Shown: piece by piece, positions 14,201 to 27,610 of the stretch | How the letters are laid out: every line of letters begins with the position of its first letter | How positions within the stretch are numbered: position 1 is the first letter of the stretch | Assembly (NCBI GenBank): GCA_002633005.1 | Contig: NMRA01000183.1 | Coordinates: 435,553-499,552, forward strand | Length of the DNA: 64,000 bases | Source: Phoronis australis | Lineage: Eukaryota > Animalia > Phoronida | Direction: 5' to 3' | Made by a program: the position numbers and the translations under genes | Notes under the pieces: model-generated | What the model was told of the DNA's origin: nothing | The model's input: only the letters and a program-made list of their open reading frames with translations | Databases searched by the model: none

Positions 14201-15500
14201 TATCGTCCAGGAAAGAGGTTGCATTTTCAGTAAGCTGCAACGTACTAACTGGTAATAAAAGCAGCGTCATGCAATGGCTTGTGAAGTTTCAGCATGTCCT
14301 CTAATACTATCACAGGCATAAGAAAGCCCCCAGTCATAAAGCTGAGGGTCAGTGCCCCATAGGGACGCAGTGTGGAACTAAAAATTCACTTGTCTTCCCG
14401 GCATAAGCGTTGGGTAAGGGGCAGGGGAGAAAGATACAGCAGAACTTGTTAAATTGGAACAGTTTAGATAACATTTGTCAACTACCAATGCTTGATTTAT
14501 CATTTGGGGAACCCAACCTTGTGTGCCTTAAATTATTATAATGTGTTGTCATGCAGTGGCCCACCATATCAAGGTTATTTTCTTTACACGTTTATTGTGT
14601 CTACGAACATCATCTGCTTATATTCAACAAGCTATTTTGCAACGCCCCATGGACGTAGTAAAATAAAATTTCTCCAAACTGTGGTCTTGACTTGATGTCT
14701 TATCTCCATTCTCGGAGAAAGACGATAACAAACTGCAGTTTTTACCCATCTCGAAGTGAAGCAGTTTCACCCCGTATTTTCCAGCTTGGTTAGAGGTTTT
14801 GTATATTATTATATACCCCTGGCCAATACCATGTTAAATGTCAAATTCATACCCTAAACAAGTAGCGGCAGGTTCAAAGTGTGAAGCACGAGAACCCAAG
14901 TTTCTGATGACTTCCGCCGCGTGATTTGCCATCTGAGACAGTAACGTCTGCACGCCTGGGGCGAGCGGGTGTGACATTGGCGATAGGAAGTCATAAGATT
15001 TTGGGACCAAACGAGAGAAACATTTTGGAAAAATCGCATAACTTTGTGCACATAAATTCCCCTCCCCAACAACGTTTACCTTCATAGGGGCCTGCTAAAG
15101 CGGGGGAGTAGGTAAATTATTTGTTGTAGTATAATTTGGGAGGGGGTGCTGAGAAGCAGGTAAACTGGCTGGCGTACTGGAGATAGAGGCGACTAAAAGT
15201 GATATCAACCTCGTGGCACAACTGGGTTCAGGCCGGAGGCAAATCTGGAATTTAACCGGGAGAAAGGTTAAGTTCGCATTGTTGCTATTTAGTTTTAAGC
15301 TTTCATGCTACCTAATAATGAGTCCGGGATCGATAATTCAACACGGTCACAGCGTCTTCCATAAGGACCCCACACTATGCTACACTTGTCGGTATAGCTG
15401 CGCTAACTATTCATTTTCAGAACCAACCAAAAGTTTGCATGGATTCACCGCCCTTGCTAAGATCACGATGCGAGTGAGATTCATTGGAGGTCCAAACTCC
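11250..15500 (-). mobile_element. Long, heavily decayed CR1/L2-like LINE in an intron
   Basis: Motifs in the expected order on the minus strand: APE GGGV (~13985), WITNGI (~13480), YKPISVL (~12670), DLSK (~12470), then RT FASYLVGRKQFV...TGVLQSLIFGLLLF...YAGDT (ORF 12120..12455). Boundaries are approximate. Confidence 0.85.
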
Positions 15501-15720
15501 AATTAAGGATCTGAAGATGGGAAACTATGAGATGAGCTTCCGTCTCGCAAAGTCAAGGCTAGGGGGGGATTGCACAGCGAATAGCCTGTTTCTGACATAG
15601 CGCCTTACAGATATGGCAGAGTGTCTGGGGATGAAACTCTCTTTAAATCTCCGTTGACTTGCAACTGATTGATACAACTTGAAAACATAGAATTATAAAA
15701 CCTGAAGTTGTTTTAGTTAC

Positions 15721-15840
15721 CTTGACACTTCTTTTGATACAGTATTCCGCTGGTGCATTTACAAACTTTGGTAGTAGGGTCACACACCGAGTTGGGAGGG
15801 CACTGTAGACCACCGGCTCCACAAGGGGTTGTAGTTGCGG
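15721..15840 (-). CDS. Array-2 exon 13: 6-Cys EGF/EB-like module
   Basis: AAG..GTAAC, 120 nt, phase 1-1; (S)ATTTPCGAGGLQCPPNSVCDPTTKVCKCTSGILYQKKCQ. Confidence 0.88.
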
Positions 15841-16997
15841 CTTAAAATGAAATTAAATATATTTGAAGCCCGCTTCCGTTGACCCTTATACAGATATAAC
15901 AGTAGGTTTATGAGTAATGAACTACAGTAATAGAGTTGCAGGTTTGGAGAATATGGAAGCTAAAATTCAAGTCAGAGCAATCTTTTGAGATACACACCAA
16001 AACACATAAGGTTTTCTTATCCGAGTACAAACTGTGTCCACAGCCCGTGTTTCCAAAATATGTATTGTCAATTAAATGCCAATGGCCTCAATTTGAATCA
16101 CTGTGAAATATGTGCACCCGTTCATTTGCCGCTCTAAGACACCCACCAATGTTCACCACTGACAGTAAAGCTTGTGAAATGCCTAGCGGTGTTGAGCAAT
16201 TTGTGTCATCAGTAGTCATTCGCTGAGGGAACGCGACCCTTCTAGGGCTGAGTAAGTAAACAGAAAGAAGACAGGCGAAATATTGCTGTAAGAAAAAAGA
16301 CAAAACCGATGGTATCATAATGGATTGCGTACCGGAAGGTAGAAGGCTTTGCGGAAAAAGGAAACTAACAAACAGTGAACTTTTCATGGTACGTGTCATG
16401 TTTGTTGCCTACTGCAAATTATTGTTTACCTGCCACTATCAAATCTGTTTTGGCTTGGTAGCAAGATTGCTTTACTTTTGACGAAGTTCATTGAAATTAT
16501 ACATTTTAATGAACATTTAAAAAAATGCCAACAATTTGAAAGCAATCAAAAACAGCCTTGAAATGTATATCTCGGTCGGGGTAGAAATCTTTTAAGACTT
16601 GTATTCATTAGGTTAATGCGATGTCGCCACGGGTGGTGTGCTGACCAGATTTTAAAATAATTGCATTCAGAAATTGTCGAAACGTTTAATGATTGAGCAC
16701 CATCACTACTGCTGCTGTTGTCAGGAAGCAAGTGTTTGCTTAGCTCGTCCTTGCTAAAAGTAGAAAAGATTTCAGGACTTGACCAGAATTCCCAATTTTT
16801 TAACGCTTGACACCAGTTATAAACTACAAACAACTACATTAATGAAGGTTCTGACGTTTGTGTCATCTTGTTTACGTCAATTGGTTTCCTAGTGTAACAG
16901 TAAATGCTGTTACGCCCAGCTTTATTCGACATAAATCATCCTCACAAACAATGGCCTGGCCCAAGTCAATAACTCACACGCATGCCTGTACACTTAC

Positions 16998-17081
16998 ATT
17001 CACAGACCTTTGTATTGGTGTTGCATACTTCATTGGTGGCACATTTTGTACCCCCGTCCTTGCAATCCACAGTCGTTTTTG
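16998..17081 (-). CDS. Array-2 exon 12: truncated 4-Cys module
   Basis: TAG..GTAAGT, 84 nt, phase 1-1; (A)KTTVDCKDGGTKCATNEVCNTNTKVCE. Confidence 0.87.
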
Positions 17082-17129
17082 CTAAAAAAACAATGAGATA
17101 AGATTATCAGCATTAAAAAAACTATGCAA

Positions 17130-17415
17130 CAGTAAGCCTACTTTAGACTACCTAACACTTGAATAATATATACATGTACAAATGTAGGCCTAATTAAGAC
17201 TCCCAAACGCTTGACTATTATACATGTACAAAACAGTAGGCCTACTTTAGACTACCAAGCGCCTGACTAATATATACAACAATAGGCCTACTTTAGACTA
17301 CCAAATGTCTGACTAATATATACAATAATAACCCCTACTTTAGACTACCAAATGTTCGACTAATATATACAACAGTAGGCCTACTTTAGAGTACTAAATG
17401 CCTGACTACTATATA
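17130..17415. repeat. About 46-bp minisatellite, about 6 copies
   Basis: Unit approximately AGTAGGCCTACTTTAGACTACCAAATGCCTGACTAATATATACAAC. Confidence 0.9.
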
Positions 17416-17850
17416 CGCTAAAGCAACTCATTCAGCCTGCAGTCTTGGTGCAAAAAAGCATCGCGTGTTTCTTGTTGGTGCAGGTTGAAATGCATGTATA
17501 TAGGGATGGAAAGAAGCTGATTAGAACCTTCGAGTTTTAAGAATTACATCATAATGCGTAGGGTCACAGAAAGATAAAATATGTGTCTCATATCTGAGAA
17601 CTCAATGCAAAATACCTCAGTTAAACCATGTGACTTGGACGGTTTGTACATAAATCACAAAGCAGATGTTGCTAACAATCTTGTGACTGGTCAACGCCTG
17701 TAACTTAAACTGGACCAGTGTGTTCCTCAAAGAACTTCGAAAACACATGCAGCTTAACTGATCCCAGAATGAATTAGAGTCCTCCTTGCAGCCATCGGCA
17801 CAAATCAAGTTCATTAGGAAGTAAAACAAGAAAAGTCCCACACCAGGATT

Positions 17851-18198
17851 TGTAGATGTGGTAGAGGATGATATTTGATGTTATGGGTTGTATATGTGGT
17901 AGAGGATGATATGTGATGCAATGGGTTTTAGAAGTGGTAGAGGATGATATGTGAGGTAATGGCCGATTGTATATGTGGTAGAAGATGATATGTGATGTAA
18001 TGGGTTGTAGATGTGGTAGAGGATGATATATGATGTAATGGGTTGTAGATGTGGGAGAGGATGATATATGATGTAATGGGTTGTAGATGTGGTAGAGGAT
18101 GATATATGATGTAATGGGTTGTAGATGTGGTAGAGGATGATATATGATGTAATGGGTTGTAGTCTTGTTAGAGGATGAAATGTGATGTAATGGGCTGT
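17851..18198. repeat. 38-bp minisatellite, about 9 copies
   Basis: Unit TGTAGATGTGGTAGAGGATGATATATGATGTAATGGGT. Confidence 0.95.
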
Positions 18199-19802
18199 AC
18201 GTTATAATCTATAACACTTTTCAGTACGCCATGCTTTCACTGCGTTGTTTTCATGTGTACATTCATTAATTCACTGTAAGTCAGGATTTATATCAGCTGG
18301 TCTCAAGGTGTACACGTAGAGCAGCCTACAAAACACCATTTGTGCAAGGTTTCCATGTGTTGTTTTCCTCGAAGCATCATTACACTGTGGCCAAACTAAA
18401 CATGTGCAAATTTAAGCAATACTAATTCAAAATAACAGTTAAATTCAATCGATATTGTCGTTGGTAACAACCACTGGTTACGCGCACTACCTTAAGTCCT
18501 TTTCTTTTCTCGCTTATCAGATCATTGCTACATGTATATTTAGTTGTTTGCACCAAAATGAGGAGATAATATGTATTTGTTAGGGATACCTTTTTATTTT
18601 TTGCTAGCCACTGTTGATGCGCTTCTGGGTCAATTTTGAATTCTGTGTAATATTGCTAAGCAACTCAACATGTTCAGAAGAACCAAACTCACAACGGCAC
18701 AACATTGCGCTTGTAAAAACAACCTGATACTAAACAAATGACCATACGATGTCAGGATGGGTCACTGGACAACATCACGTAAACTGACATTAGTTTATAG
18801 CTGTGTCAAATGTAAGCTGACATTCTAGCATAACTGGCATCTTGACACAAGTTACATATGAATATTTCAAACAACAAAAATGAGCCCAGAGTAGCGTTAG
18901 ACTTTCTCTTTAAATTGACATTATGGGGAAAGATTTTTTTCTGAGATCAGCGCCAGCGCCGAATCGGGTACATTTCCCATGGCAGCCGAACGTTCTGCTG
19001 CCTTAGGTATGTGCCACTCATTATAGTGGGTTGCGTACGTATTTAGTCACTTGCCTGGATTTTAGACAATGTTTGACATACAAAGCAATTTCTCGCAAAA
19101 TCAAAAATAAGTATTGTTTTTACAATTCTGATCAAAGCTAATAGCTGCAAAAAGTCTACTTCAATCAACATAAATAAAAATGCATTTTCTTGAGTAAAAA
19201 CGATGATGTTCGTTTAAGCACCATACAAACCTTTGCATTCTTTGTTCACCAACATGAAGCCTGTGTAGCAACTGCATACTTTCTGACCAATCAAACAGTA
19301 CGAGTTCACGCCACACTTAGAGCCGCCAGCCTCGCATGGAACATTATATATGGCTGAAATAAACAACATAACACTATGTCACCAATAACATCAGTCTGTG
19401 CCATAAGTGCAGCGTATTGTAGCGTTGTGACAATCTGAAAGACACTTCACCACCACATGCAATGTAAGGAACTCCGTGAAAAAGTGTCAACACTGTTTTG
19501 CTGTCTGATTGTCATGACATCCCATATAAAAATACTGATTAACCTAATACACGTGTCCGTTATAAGAGTCCATTCTTCAAAATATTGCATATTTTTACTG
19601 ATTTTCATGGAAAGTGAAACCTGTAGAGCCAGGTGCAATGGGTCCAACACCACCGGTTGATACACTGGAATATTTCTCAATCCAAACTATTAGAAAGTGC
19701 GAGCACTGCCAAAAAGCAATGTAACTGCTAGTTATAAAACTTCTGTAGATAAAATTGCTGGTACTTAACCTAACTTTGTGACATCTAGAAGCATAGTACT
19801 AC

Positions 19803-19919
19803 CTTCGCATTGTCCTTGATATGTTAAAAATCCCAGGATACACTTGCAATTCTTTCCTTCACAGTACGAATTGAGTGGACATTTTACCCCACCTGCCTCG
19901 CAAGGAACGGTTGTAATAC
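19803..19919 (-). CDS. Array-2 exon 11: 6-Cys EGF/EB-like module
   Basis: AAG..GTAAGT, 117 nt, phase 1-1; (S)ITTVPCEAGGVKCPLNSYCEGKNCKCILGFLTYQGQCE. Confidence 0.88.
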
Positions 19920-20473
19920 CTTCAAAAAGAAAACAGATCAATATTTGACGTCTTCAGCTTGAAGAAAACAACTGGCTCATGTTGAGTAGTCACTGTAGAT
20001 GATTCCCAGCAGTAACACATGCAACGGTAACACATGTAAATTTTGTTCCTACAGTATGTTAAGAACATCGCCCTGAGCCCACTAGTGCCATAAATTGCCA
20101 AATGTAACGAACTGTTAGACGTATTGGCTTGCTTTTGTCTACGTCACCGCGAAAATCACCCTTTAATTCAAACAGCTGCGAATAACACCGCACGTAATGT
20201 GTTCTATTCAAACCTCTATTCAATACAACATTTTGTTGTTTGTACTGGGATCTCGTGGTGACGCGACATGGCACGAAAAGGCAGCTTCACTTATCATTTG
20301 ACGGGCTTACACTTGTGTGATTGAACTTGCGTTTTCATATTTTACTAAGGCTTTGCTTGGACTATCTGGTTAGCCTGATACATCTGTAACAAAATCCCGT
20401 TGAAGTTGGGCTTTAAATCATCTGCTATCACCTGTCAAAGTTAACTTACAAAAATTACAAACGTGTTTCTTAC

Positions 20474-20596
20474 TTTGGCATGAGCCCTGGTACAATGCAA
20501 ATCCTACGATACATTCGCATTTCTTTTGTATGACGTCACAAAAGGAATTGGCGTCGCATTTGTAGCCGCCTGCATCACACGGTACATCAGTGGGTG
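20474..20596 (-). CDS. Array-2 exon 10: 6-Cys EGF/EB-like module
   Basis: CAG..GTAAG, 123 nt, phase 1-1; (P)PTDVPCDAGGYKCDANSFCDVIQKKCECIVGFALYQGSCQ. Confidence 0.92.
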
Positions 20597-20828
20597 CTGG
20601 AAAAAACAGGGAAAGACATGAAGACAACAACATCACAGCGTATCAACAGCCGAGGCTTGTGTAAGACATTCAAAAACCTTATGTTCAATGAGCTTGAAAG
20701 TATCAAGAAGATAAATAGTGAACACGATCATCGGCTACGCTCACAACTGTTCACTCGGTATTGCTTACAGATTCATGTATATATAGTACATCTATATGTC
20801 ATACTTTCTAGCCAATCACGTTGCAGAT

Positions 20829-20833
<5 letters not shown>

Positions 20834-20868
<35 letters not shown>
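20834..20868. repeat. (TA)n microsatellite
   Basis: Perfect TA run of about 17 units. Confidence 0.95.
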
Positions 20869-20871
<3 letters not shown>

Positions 20872-21351
20872 AGTGCTGAAAATTCAATCATTTCCTGTTT
20901 ACAGACACTCAATCATTTGTCGTCCAACATTGGCCTTTTCTTTAGGTGTGTCATCCTAATGATATGACGTTATACATCTATGATTCTCCTGAAACATCAT
21001 GAAGCAGACGTGCACCAACTCAGATTAAGACAAAATGGGCTTCAGAGGCAACAACTCAGACTTTTAACAGATGCACTATTTAGACAATACGTGTATTCAA
21101 AAGCAAACTAATCAGCCATAAGAACACCGTTTTCTGCGCAATAAAGTTAATTTTGCCAATTTGCTTACGTGATGCCCCGTCAGTTTGCGTTTCACTTTCA
21201 ACATATGTGAATAGACCTCCTCATTTCCTCCCTTGTTCTAGCAACTACTACGGTAAGTACAAGGATTCACGATGCCAATACCTGGCAACAGTTGTATGTC
21301 AGTGAGACTGCAGCTTCGATTGCCATAATCTTGGGAGTTTTTGATACTTAC

Positions 21352-21474
21352 GTGCACAGGCTCCTTGGTACAAGACCAGCCCCTGTCTGCAAATGCATTT
21401 TCGTGCAACTGTATCGCAATCCGCGTTAGGCGGACATTTCTGTCCACCTGCTTCGCAAGGGGCTTCCGTTTTAG
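21352..21474 (-). CDS. Array-2 exon 9: 6-Cys EGF/EB-like module
   Basis: TAG..GTAAGT, 123 nt, phase 1-1; (A)KTEAPCEAGGQKCPPNADCDTVARKCICRQGLVLYQGACA. Confidence 0.92.
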
Positions 21475-23908
21475 CTAAAATAAAGAAACGCAAGAACAGT
21501 GTGTACATGTCTGCACACTAACCTTGGCGATTACAAACCAGCAATTGCTCTGTATGGAAAAGCTTGTAACCTCGCGTCCATCGACATATTACTGATCTAG
21601 TTGTGGGGTGTTGATACTTAAACGCTATTTGGGACTTGCAAAACAGGTAGTCTTCAGTTAGTGAGCGAGTACGGTTTAAGCCAACTGAGCACAGAAACAA
21701 AGTAAACTCTAAAAATCACCCAGCGAAACAGGAGAAACCAGGCAGGTGAAAAAGAGAATCAAAAATGAACAACTAGTCGTTTACGTTTTACTCCTTCAAA
21801 TGGAGCTCGGGCAGCAACATGTGTTGCTATGGATACACTTTCCGCGAAACAACTAACACGGGATCTAGGTGATGTGCCATACTAAGCTTAGAAAGCTTAC
21901 AAAATGTGCTAGTGTTCGAGGCTAATACCAACAAATTGACGAGTTCGTCATTCTGCTGATCATGGCTACAAGCAATGGCAAAATATCCTTTCCGGCAAGC
22001 AGAAATCCCTTCAAATGTAATTTGACTAAAAACAATTTGCGCCAGTCGTGTTTTCTTGATCGCAGAAGTGAGTTCATGCTTATCGTTGGCCAAGTGGGTG
22101 AACGTTACTCACGTAAATTAGGTGTGTAAGATAATTCCTGTTTGCGGCGTAACGTAGGCCTAATTGACCTTACGCCAGCAGAAGATCGCCCCGCCTACGA
22201 TGTCACGTGATGCGGACGTCCGACATAGAGAATGGCTTCGTCAAGCAAGACCGGTGTGCTAACTGATATTCACGCGGACTTTGGCGAACATTATATCTTC
22301 CCTATGAATCTCGTCATAACAAAGACAAAAGGCAATAGCCTTCAGAAAAGATTCCTACGGGAACGGGGTGAAGATTTACGTCAAGGGCACCGGACGTGTA
22401 AACCGCCCGTGGATGTTTCAGAAGTCAACGCAATTAAATCCGACGAGCCTCATAGAGTTGACATAGCGTCGACAAAAGCTGCACGAATGCGGTTAAAAAT
22501 AATAGTAAAAATCAATTGTGAATAAAAATTCTTCCCTCAAAGCAAAACCAACGTTTTACTAAAATATTGAGGGATCGAGCCGGCACCGTGACAGACACAC
22601 GTAACGAGTCGAAATTCGGAGTAACTGTAACCATTCAAATTAACATTTCAAAGGTAGTGCCTGTGTCGCTTGTTTTGTGTTTGTAACTGTTTCCTTGAGA
22701 ATGGTTTAATGAAATAAACCGAAACGTTGGATTGGATAGATATGTCGTTATTTACTCACGCGCTAATTTCAATGTTCGTGCTTCTGTTCTGGCCTAAATC
22801 AAATGTGATAAAAAGTAGTGATTTAGATGAAGCAATACGAGCCTAACCCGGTCATTACTTGAGACCGTGATTATGACCTCCAAATACAGACTAAACAAAG
22901 CACACTTGCGGACTGCCAAATGTTGTCAATCTGTTGTTTTATATAACCTGAGTTACATACTACGCACATGTCAAACAATACGGGCACTGCGTATTGCTCA
23001 GTACGTGCTTGCCGTTTCTGTAGTGCCACGGCGTAGCGCCAAAATGCTACGTATCTTTGGTAATTAATGTGCATTTTCTCCAATGTTCATAATAAAGTTT
23101 TCAATCCTTCGCTTTGGCTTTTACTGGCAATCTTTGTCGAGATAACAACAATATATCACGAGCCTAAGTTGATCGACAGGGCCAAGAGTGAGGAGTTACG
23201 AATAGGCCTATAACAACACTCACAGTCAGTATAGATGTAAGAGCCTCTAATAGGTAAGTAGGTAGGCATGCAATGCATTTTAACTCTTAATTAACTATAT
23301 TTTAACTCGTTTTTGTCAGTGTTATGGAAATGGTTGTCATGTATGGTCATAATGAACCACTAAGTGATCGAAGAGGCGGCGGGTCACACACTAAACAAGA
23401 CTGTAATCCAGAGCCAAAATTCCGATATTGGAAAGAAATAAAAAGAGTGCATACCTTAGAACATATACTTGTGTTGAGCTTTCGAGTGGTCAAACAGTGT
23501 TGACAGGCTAGGCTGCTCGTGCGGGAGTACACACAGTTAAGTTAATTAACGGCACCGTTTGCTCATTACAACGTCACTTTTAGGCTTTGGAAAAGGTCAA
23601 AAATTGACAGGACTTTCATCTCTGTCGGTATAACGACTGTCTGAATTACACACCCACAACAACACCTCTTGGTCATTTAAAATGCACACTGTAGTTGAAT
23701 GTGTTTTGTCCTACAGACGCTAATGTTTGTCGGATAAATGGCGACTTGAAATGATGTCTGGATGAGTGTCCGGAATGCAGCATTCTTATTGGTCAATCAC
23801 ACCTGTCATTCATTTTCTGGCGTAAGATCAATTATCAGCGACGTAAAGTAATCATTTGGGTGGTAAAGTAAATAATTTCTCGTAATGCACCAACATTTGT
23901 ACTCTTAC

Positions 23909-23992
23909 CTTTACAGGTTTTTGTTGTAGTATCACAGACTTGGGGTAGAGTGCACTGGGTACCTCCTGAACTACAGGCTACAGTTGCCTTGG
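23909..23992 (-). CDS. Array-2 exon 8: truncated 4-Cys module
   Basis: TAG..GTAAG, 84 nt, phase 1-1; (A)KATVACSSGGTQCTLPQVCDTTTKTCK. Confidence 0.87.
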
Positions 23993-25646
23993 CTACAATA
24001 AGAAAAAGTGTTTACAAGTTAAATAATAAAGTACAAATGTGTACGGAAAGTAGGAAAGTGTTATAACGTTGAGAAACCTAAGAACACAAGACGTGCTGTT
24101 TGTCTTGTATTTTTCAAAATTGTCTATTTCGTGCGGGCAGAACAGTGAGTCGCTTTTGACATCAGTTTTGCTGTAGCGAATACAAGGTTTCCTGGAATTG
24201 TATTCGCACTTTGTTGAAACCCCAAATAGTTCAAATTCAATTCTTGGGATCAGACTCTGCACCTGAGCCTACTATATGTAAATAATTGCTTTCAGACAGG
24301 TTACGTGTCTAGGTTACATATTGACGGGAGAAAAATAGTTGCGTGAGTGGTCGCGCGTTCTGTAGCCACGGGAATGGCAACCAAACGAGTGAGTTTTGGA
24401 GAACAACATTTACTCTACAGGAAACGTGAAGCAGCGAAGAAGCTAAAGTTTCTGCACAGCAATGCAATCATTTTGACTTAAAGAGTTAGTTCTTTTTGAT
24501 CACCTATTTATTTACGAAACAACAATATCCACGACGTATGGTAGGAACCTTTTTCTCAGTCTAATTGTGGTAAATGCCCCTACGTTTTAAAAGACAGTTT
24601 GCTCCTATTTTTACTGAGGAGTTTATTAAAGTGAACCACTTATCAGAAACTTAGCTTCATTTTCACCATCCAAATACTCAGTTCTGTGGGTGATCCACTG
24701 GTTACTAGTGAACTGTCTATAGTTATTCCATGATTGCTCATAGTTAATTTTTAATTAGTAATCCTAATTTCACGGATTAGGAAGTGCGAAATACATGTAA
24801 GTTCAAATGTTTCTCTTAAATCTTAACTTAGTTTCATGAGACATAGCTAGTCTCAAAATAAGTTGGGGGACATATCACTATCTTCCACGTGTAGTCCTTT
24901 TTAGCCTTACCATGTGGGTGTTCTGTAACACGTGCGTGATATGCATGGAACAGAAAATATCACTGAGTAAAAAACAAACTTTATCCCATAAAATAACTAT
25001 GGTTCGCGGATATCACCTGTCCAAAATTTTTATCCACAATAATAGCCATTGCGTACTATTTTTTGAGATTTGTTGTAAAATTGATGACTCTTGATATCAC
25101 AATAAACGCAAAGGGTTGCACTGAATTGTTAATGGTTGTTTTGGTACGTTAGCAATAGTCCATCTGCGTAGACCAGCATGTACAAGTTTCCGTTTATCTG
25201 CTGTATCCAACAACAGGTATGCATATCGTGAAATGATGTCACGCGCCGGTGATCGTCAATTCCATATTACAGCATTAGACAAATATTTTAGTCTGGTCTG
25301 CACGCCACCTGTTGTGACCTATATTTCCACACCGGTTCAAGATTTACATATTTAATGACGACATTACCTTCAGTAACAATAGTAATAAACAAAAAAGTAC
25401 AGTAGGGCACGCAGGCTGACTTAGGAGGCCAGGCAGCTCTCTCAACCACGACAACATGCCGTTCTTGCGTGTTTCACGAACAATCGCATATTGTGGTTTC
25501 CCACCTCCTTGTGACAACCTAGAACCACCAGTTTTTTTTTCTAAAATGTTGATCGATCGATAGCAATCCCTGATATAGACAACAATCCCTGATATAGATA
25601 ACAATCTCTGATATAGATAACAATGCCTACAAAATCCCCGTCATAC

Positions 25647-25769
25647 CTTCACATTTCCCGTTGAAGGGCACGAAATCGGTTTTACATTTGCATTTTTTGT
25701 TAGCGGTATCACAATCTTCATTAACTCCACACACAGAGCCGCCTGACGCACATGGAACCAGCGATGATG
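25647..25769 (-). CDS. Array-2 exon 7: 6-Cys EGF/EB-like module
   Basis: CAG..GTATG, 123 nt, phase 1-1; (A)SSLVPCASGGSVCGVNEDCDTANKKCKCKTDFVPFNGKCE. Confidence 0.9.
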
Positions 25770-26374
25770 CTGCAGTTTAAACATAGAAGTACAAACATCT
25801 TTAACATGAAGTTTCTGCAGTAAAACACTATTCCAATGTTATAACATCTGGGCACTCCTAGAAAGACAAGACCTTTTGCGCATCCCAGTCTTCACATTAA
25901 TTACGACAGACTCGTGTATCTTCCACAAGTAGTGTTATTAGTTGTGCAATTTGAAAGAAATGAAGTTGAAATTTGGTGGCATTCAGAAAATGTTTTGGCT
26001 TGCAACAAAAGCTTTAGTTTATCCTCCAGTTACTAAATCGACCATGGCCCATATACATGTAGCACTAATCTCCATCCGTGATTCCTGACAGACGCACGAC
26101 CTGTATCTGATGTGGTCCCAGCACACATACGCACGACCACACTACACATCCCCATTACACGTCTGACCTGACAAGGAATTGAAGTGAGCATTGCGTGCAA
26201 ATATGTGTTTTAATACCATACATCAAAAAATTCATTTGTGCACAGCCATACCGGAGGTCGTAAGGGTGAGGAGTAGGGGAGCAATCAAAACTTCCGAAGA
26301 AATTTTCAACTAAATCTAAAACAAGTATGCTGTCATATGTTTGCGACTTTAGACGTGGACGACCTGCAACCACT

Positions 26375-26552
26375 CTTTAAATCCACCCATGACGACATGT
26401 TCCCCTCCTTTAATCCACCTATGACGTCCTGCCACCCTCCTTTAATCCACCTATGACGACCTACTCTACTACGTCGATCCACCTATGACAACCTGCTGCC
26501 CTCCTTCGAATCACCTATGACGACCTGCTCCCCTCATTCAATCCACATATGA
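26375..26552. repeat. About 33-bp diverged tandem repeat, about 5 copies
   Basis: Unit approximately ATCCACCTATGACGACCTGCTCCCCTCCTTTA. Confidence 0.8.
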
Positions 26553-26953
26553 AGCTTCTAAAAGTTGACAAACTTACAGACGTTTGCGTGTAAAGTGGCA
26601 CTATTGATAAGAATCTGAGAAGGTCCTCAACGTGGAATCGAACTCACAATCTCAGTGGTCACAGTCTGTTCTTACTGAAGCTTAAACACACTGGCTTAGT
26701 GGCAGTCTCTTAAGCACGTTGAACTGACGACTGATAGTTTTAGCGATATGGCTGATACAAACAACTATAGATTTGTTATCAACTCATGAAACAATTACAG
26801 ATGTTGTTGATCTATGGCTAGGGTAAAAGCTAATAACTTCAAGAAGACTTCCCATCATACAACAATCCTGCAAATCAGTCGTAAAACCTAGTATATCCAT
26901 TTAAAGTACGGTTGACAAAATCTACGATAGAAGGATAGGCAATGCTTACATAC

Positions 26954-27076
26954 CTTGACATGTTCCTTGAAACTTAACATGTCCAGCGATGCAAAGACAA
27001 ACTTTTTTGTTCGTGTCACACGAAGACTTGTCCGGACAATGCGTTCCACCCGAACTACACGGGACTGCAGTCTTCA
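26954..27076 (-). CDS. Array-2 exon 6: 6-Cys EGF/EB-like module
   Basis: CAG..GTATGT, 123 nt, phase 1-1; (L)KTAVPCSSGGTHCPDKSSCDTNKKVCLCIAGHVKFQGTCQ. Confidence 0.9.
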
Positions 27077-27480
27077 CTGTAATCAAAGACTAGGCGTACA
27101 CCAGTTGAAACCGAAGTTCAACGTAAATGTAGATCTATACGTATTTGGAATTTAGACTGGAATGACAAATAGCTTACAAATGAAGCCATTCTGTGTTTTT
27201 ATTCTGTACAGGTAACTCGATGACGTATGAAATACTCTTTCCGCTTCATTTCATTTTCATTCTTTTCAATTAAAAAACTTCTAAAATGAATAGTAAAGAA
27301 AAACCATCCTTCCATCAAAGCAAAACGTCTTTGGATTTAAACCACTGACTGCTCTCGAATGGGTCACAATTTTTCCTTTATCAAGGTGGAAGTGATTGCA
27401 GAGCTGGCTGTTCATTGTTTTTCTGACCAATCTCACAAAACGATGAACTGTCGATTCTTCTCGAGCCCAGATATCTCTTC

Positions 27481-27610
27481 TAAACTTGAGTGACCTAAAT
27501 GTAAACTTGAGTGACCTAAATGTAAACTTGAGTGACCTAAATGTAAACTTGAGTGACCTAAATGTAAACTTGAGTGACCTAAATGTAAACTTGAGTGAAC
27601 TAAACGTAAA
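27481..27610. repeat. 21-bp tandem repeat, about 6 copies
   Basis: Unit TAAACTTGAGTGACCTAAATG; it generates the periodic pseudo-ORFs 27281..27613 and 27433..27738. Confidence 0.95.

Noticed and set aside
17130-18198. Regular repeats that could be read as a CRISPR array
   Set aside because: Head-to-tail units with no unique spacers and no cas genes, in a spliceosomal-intron context.
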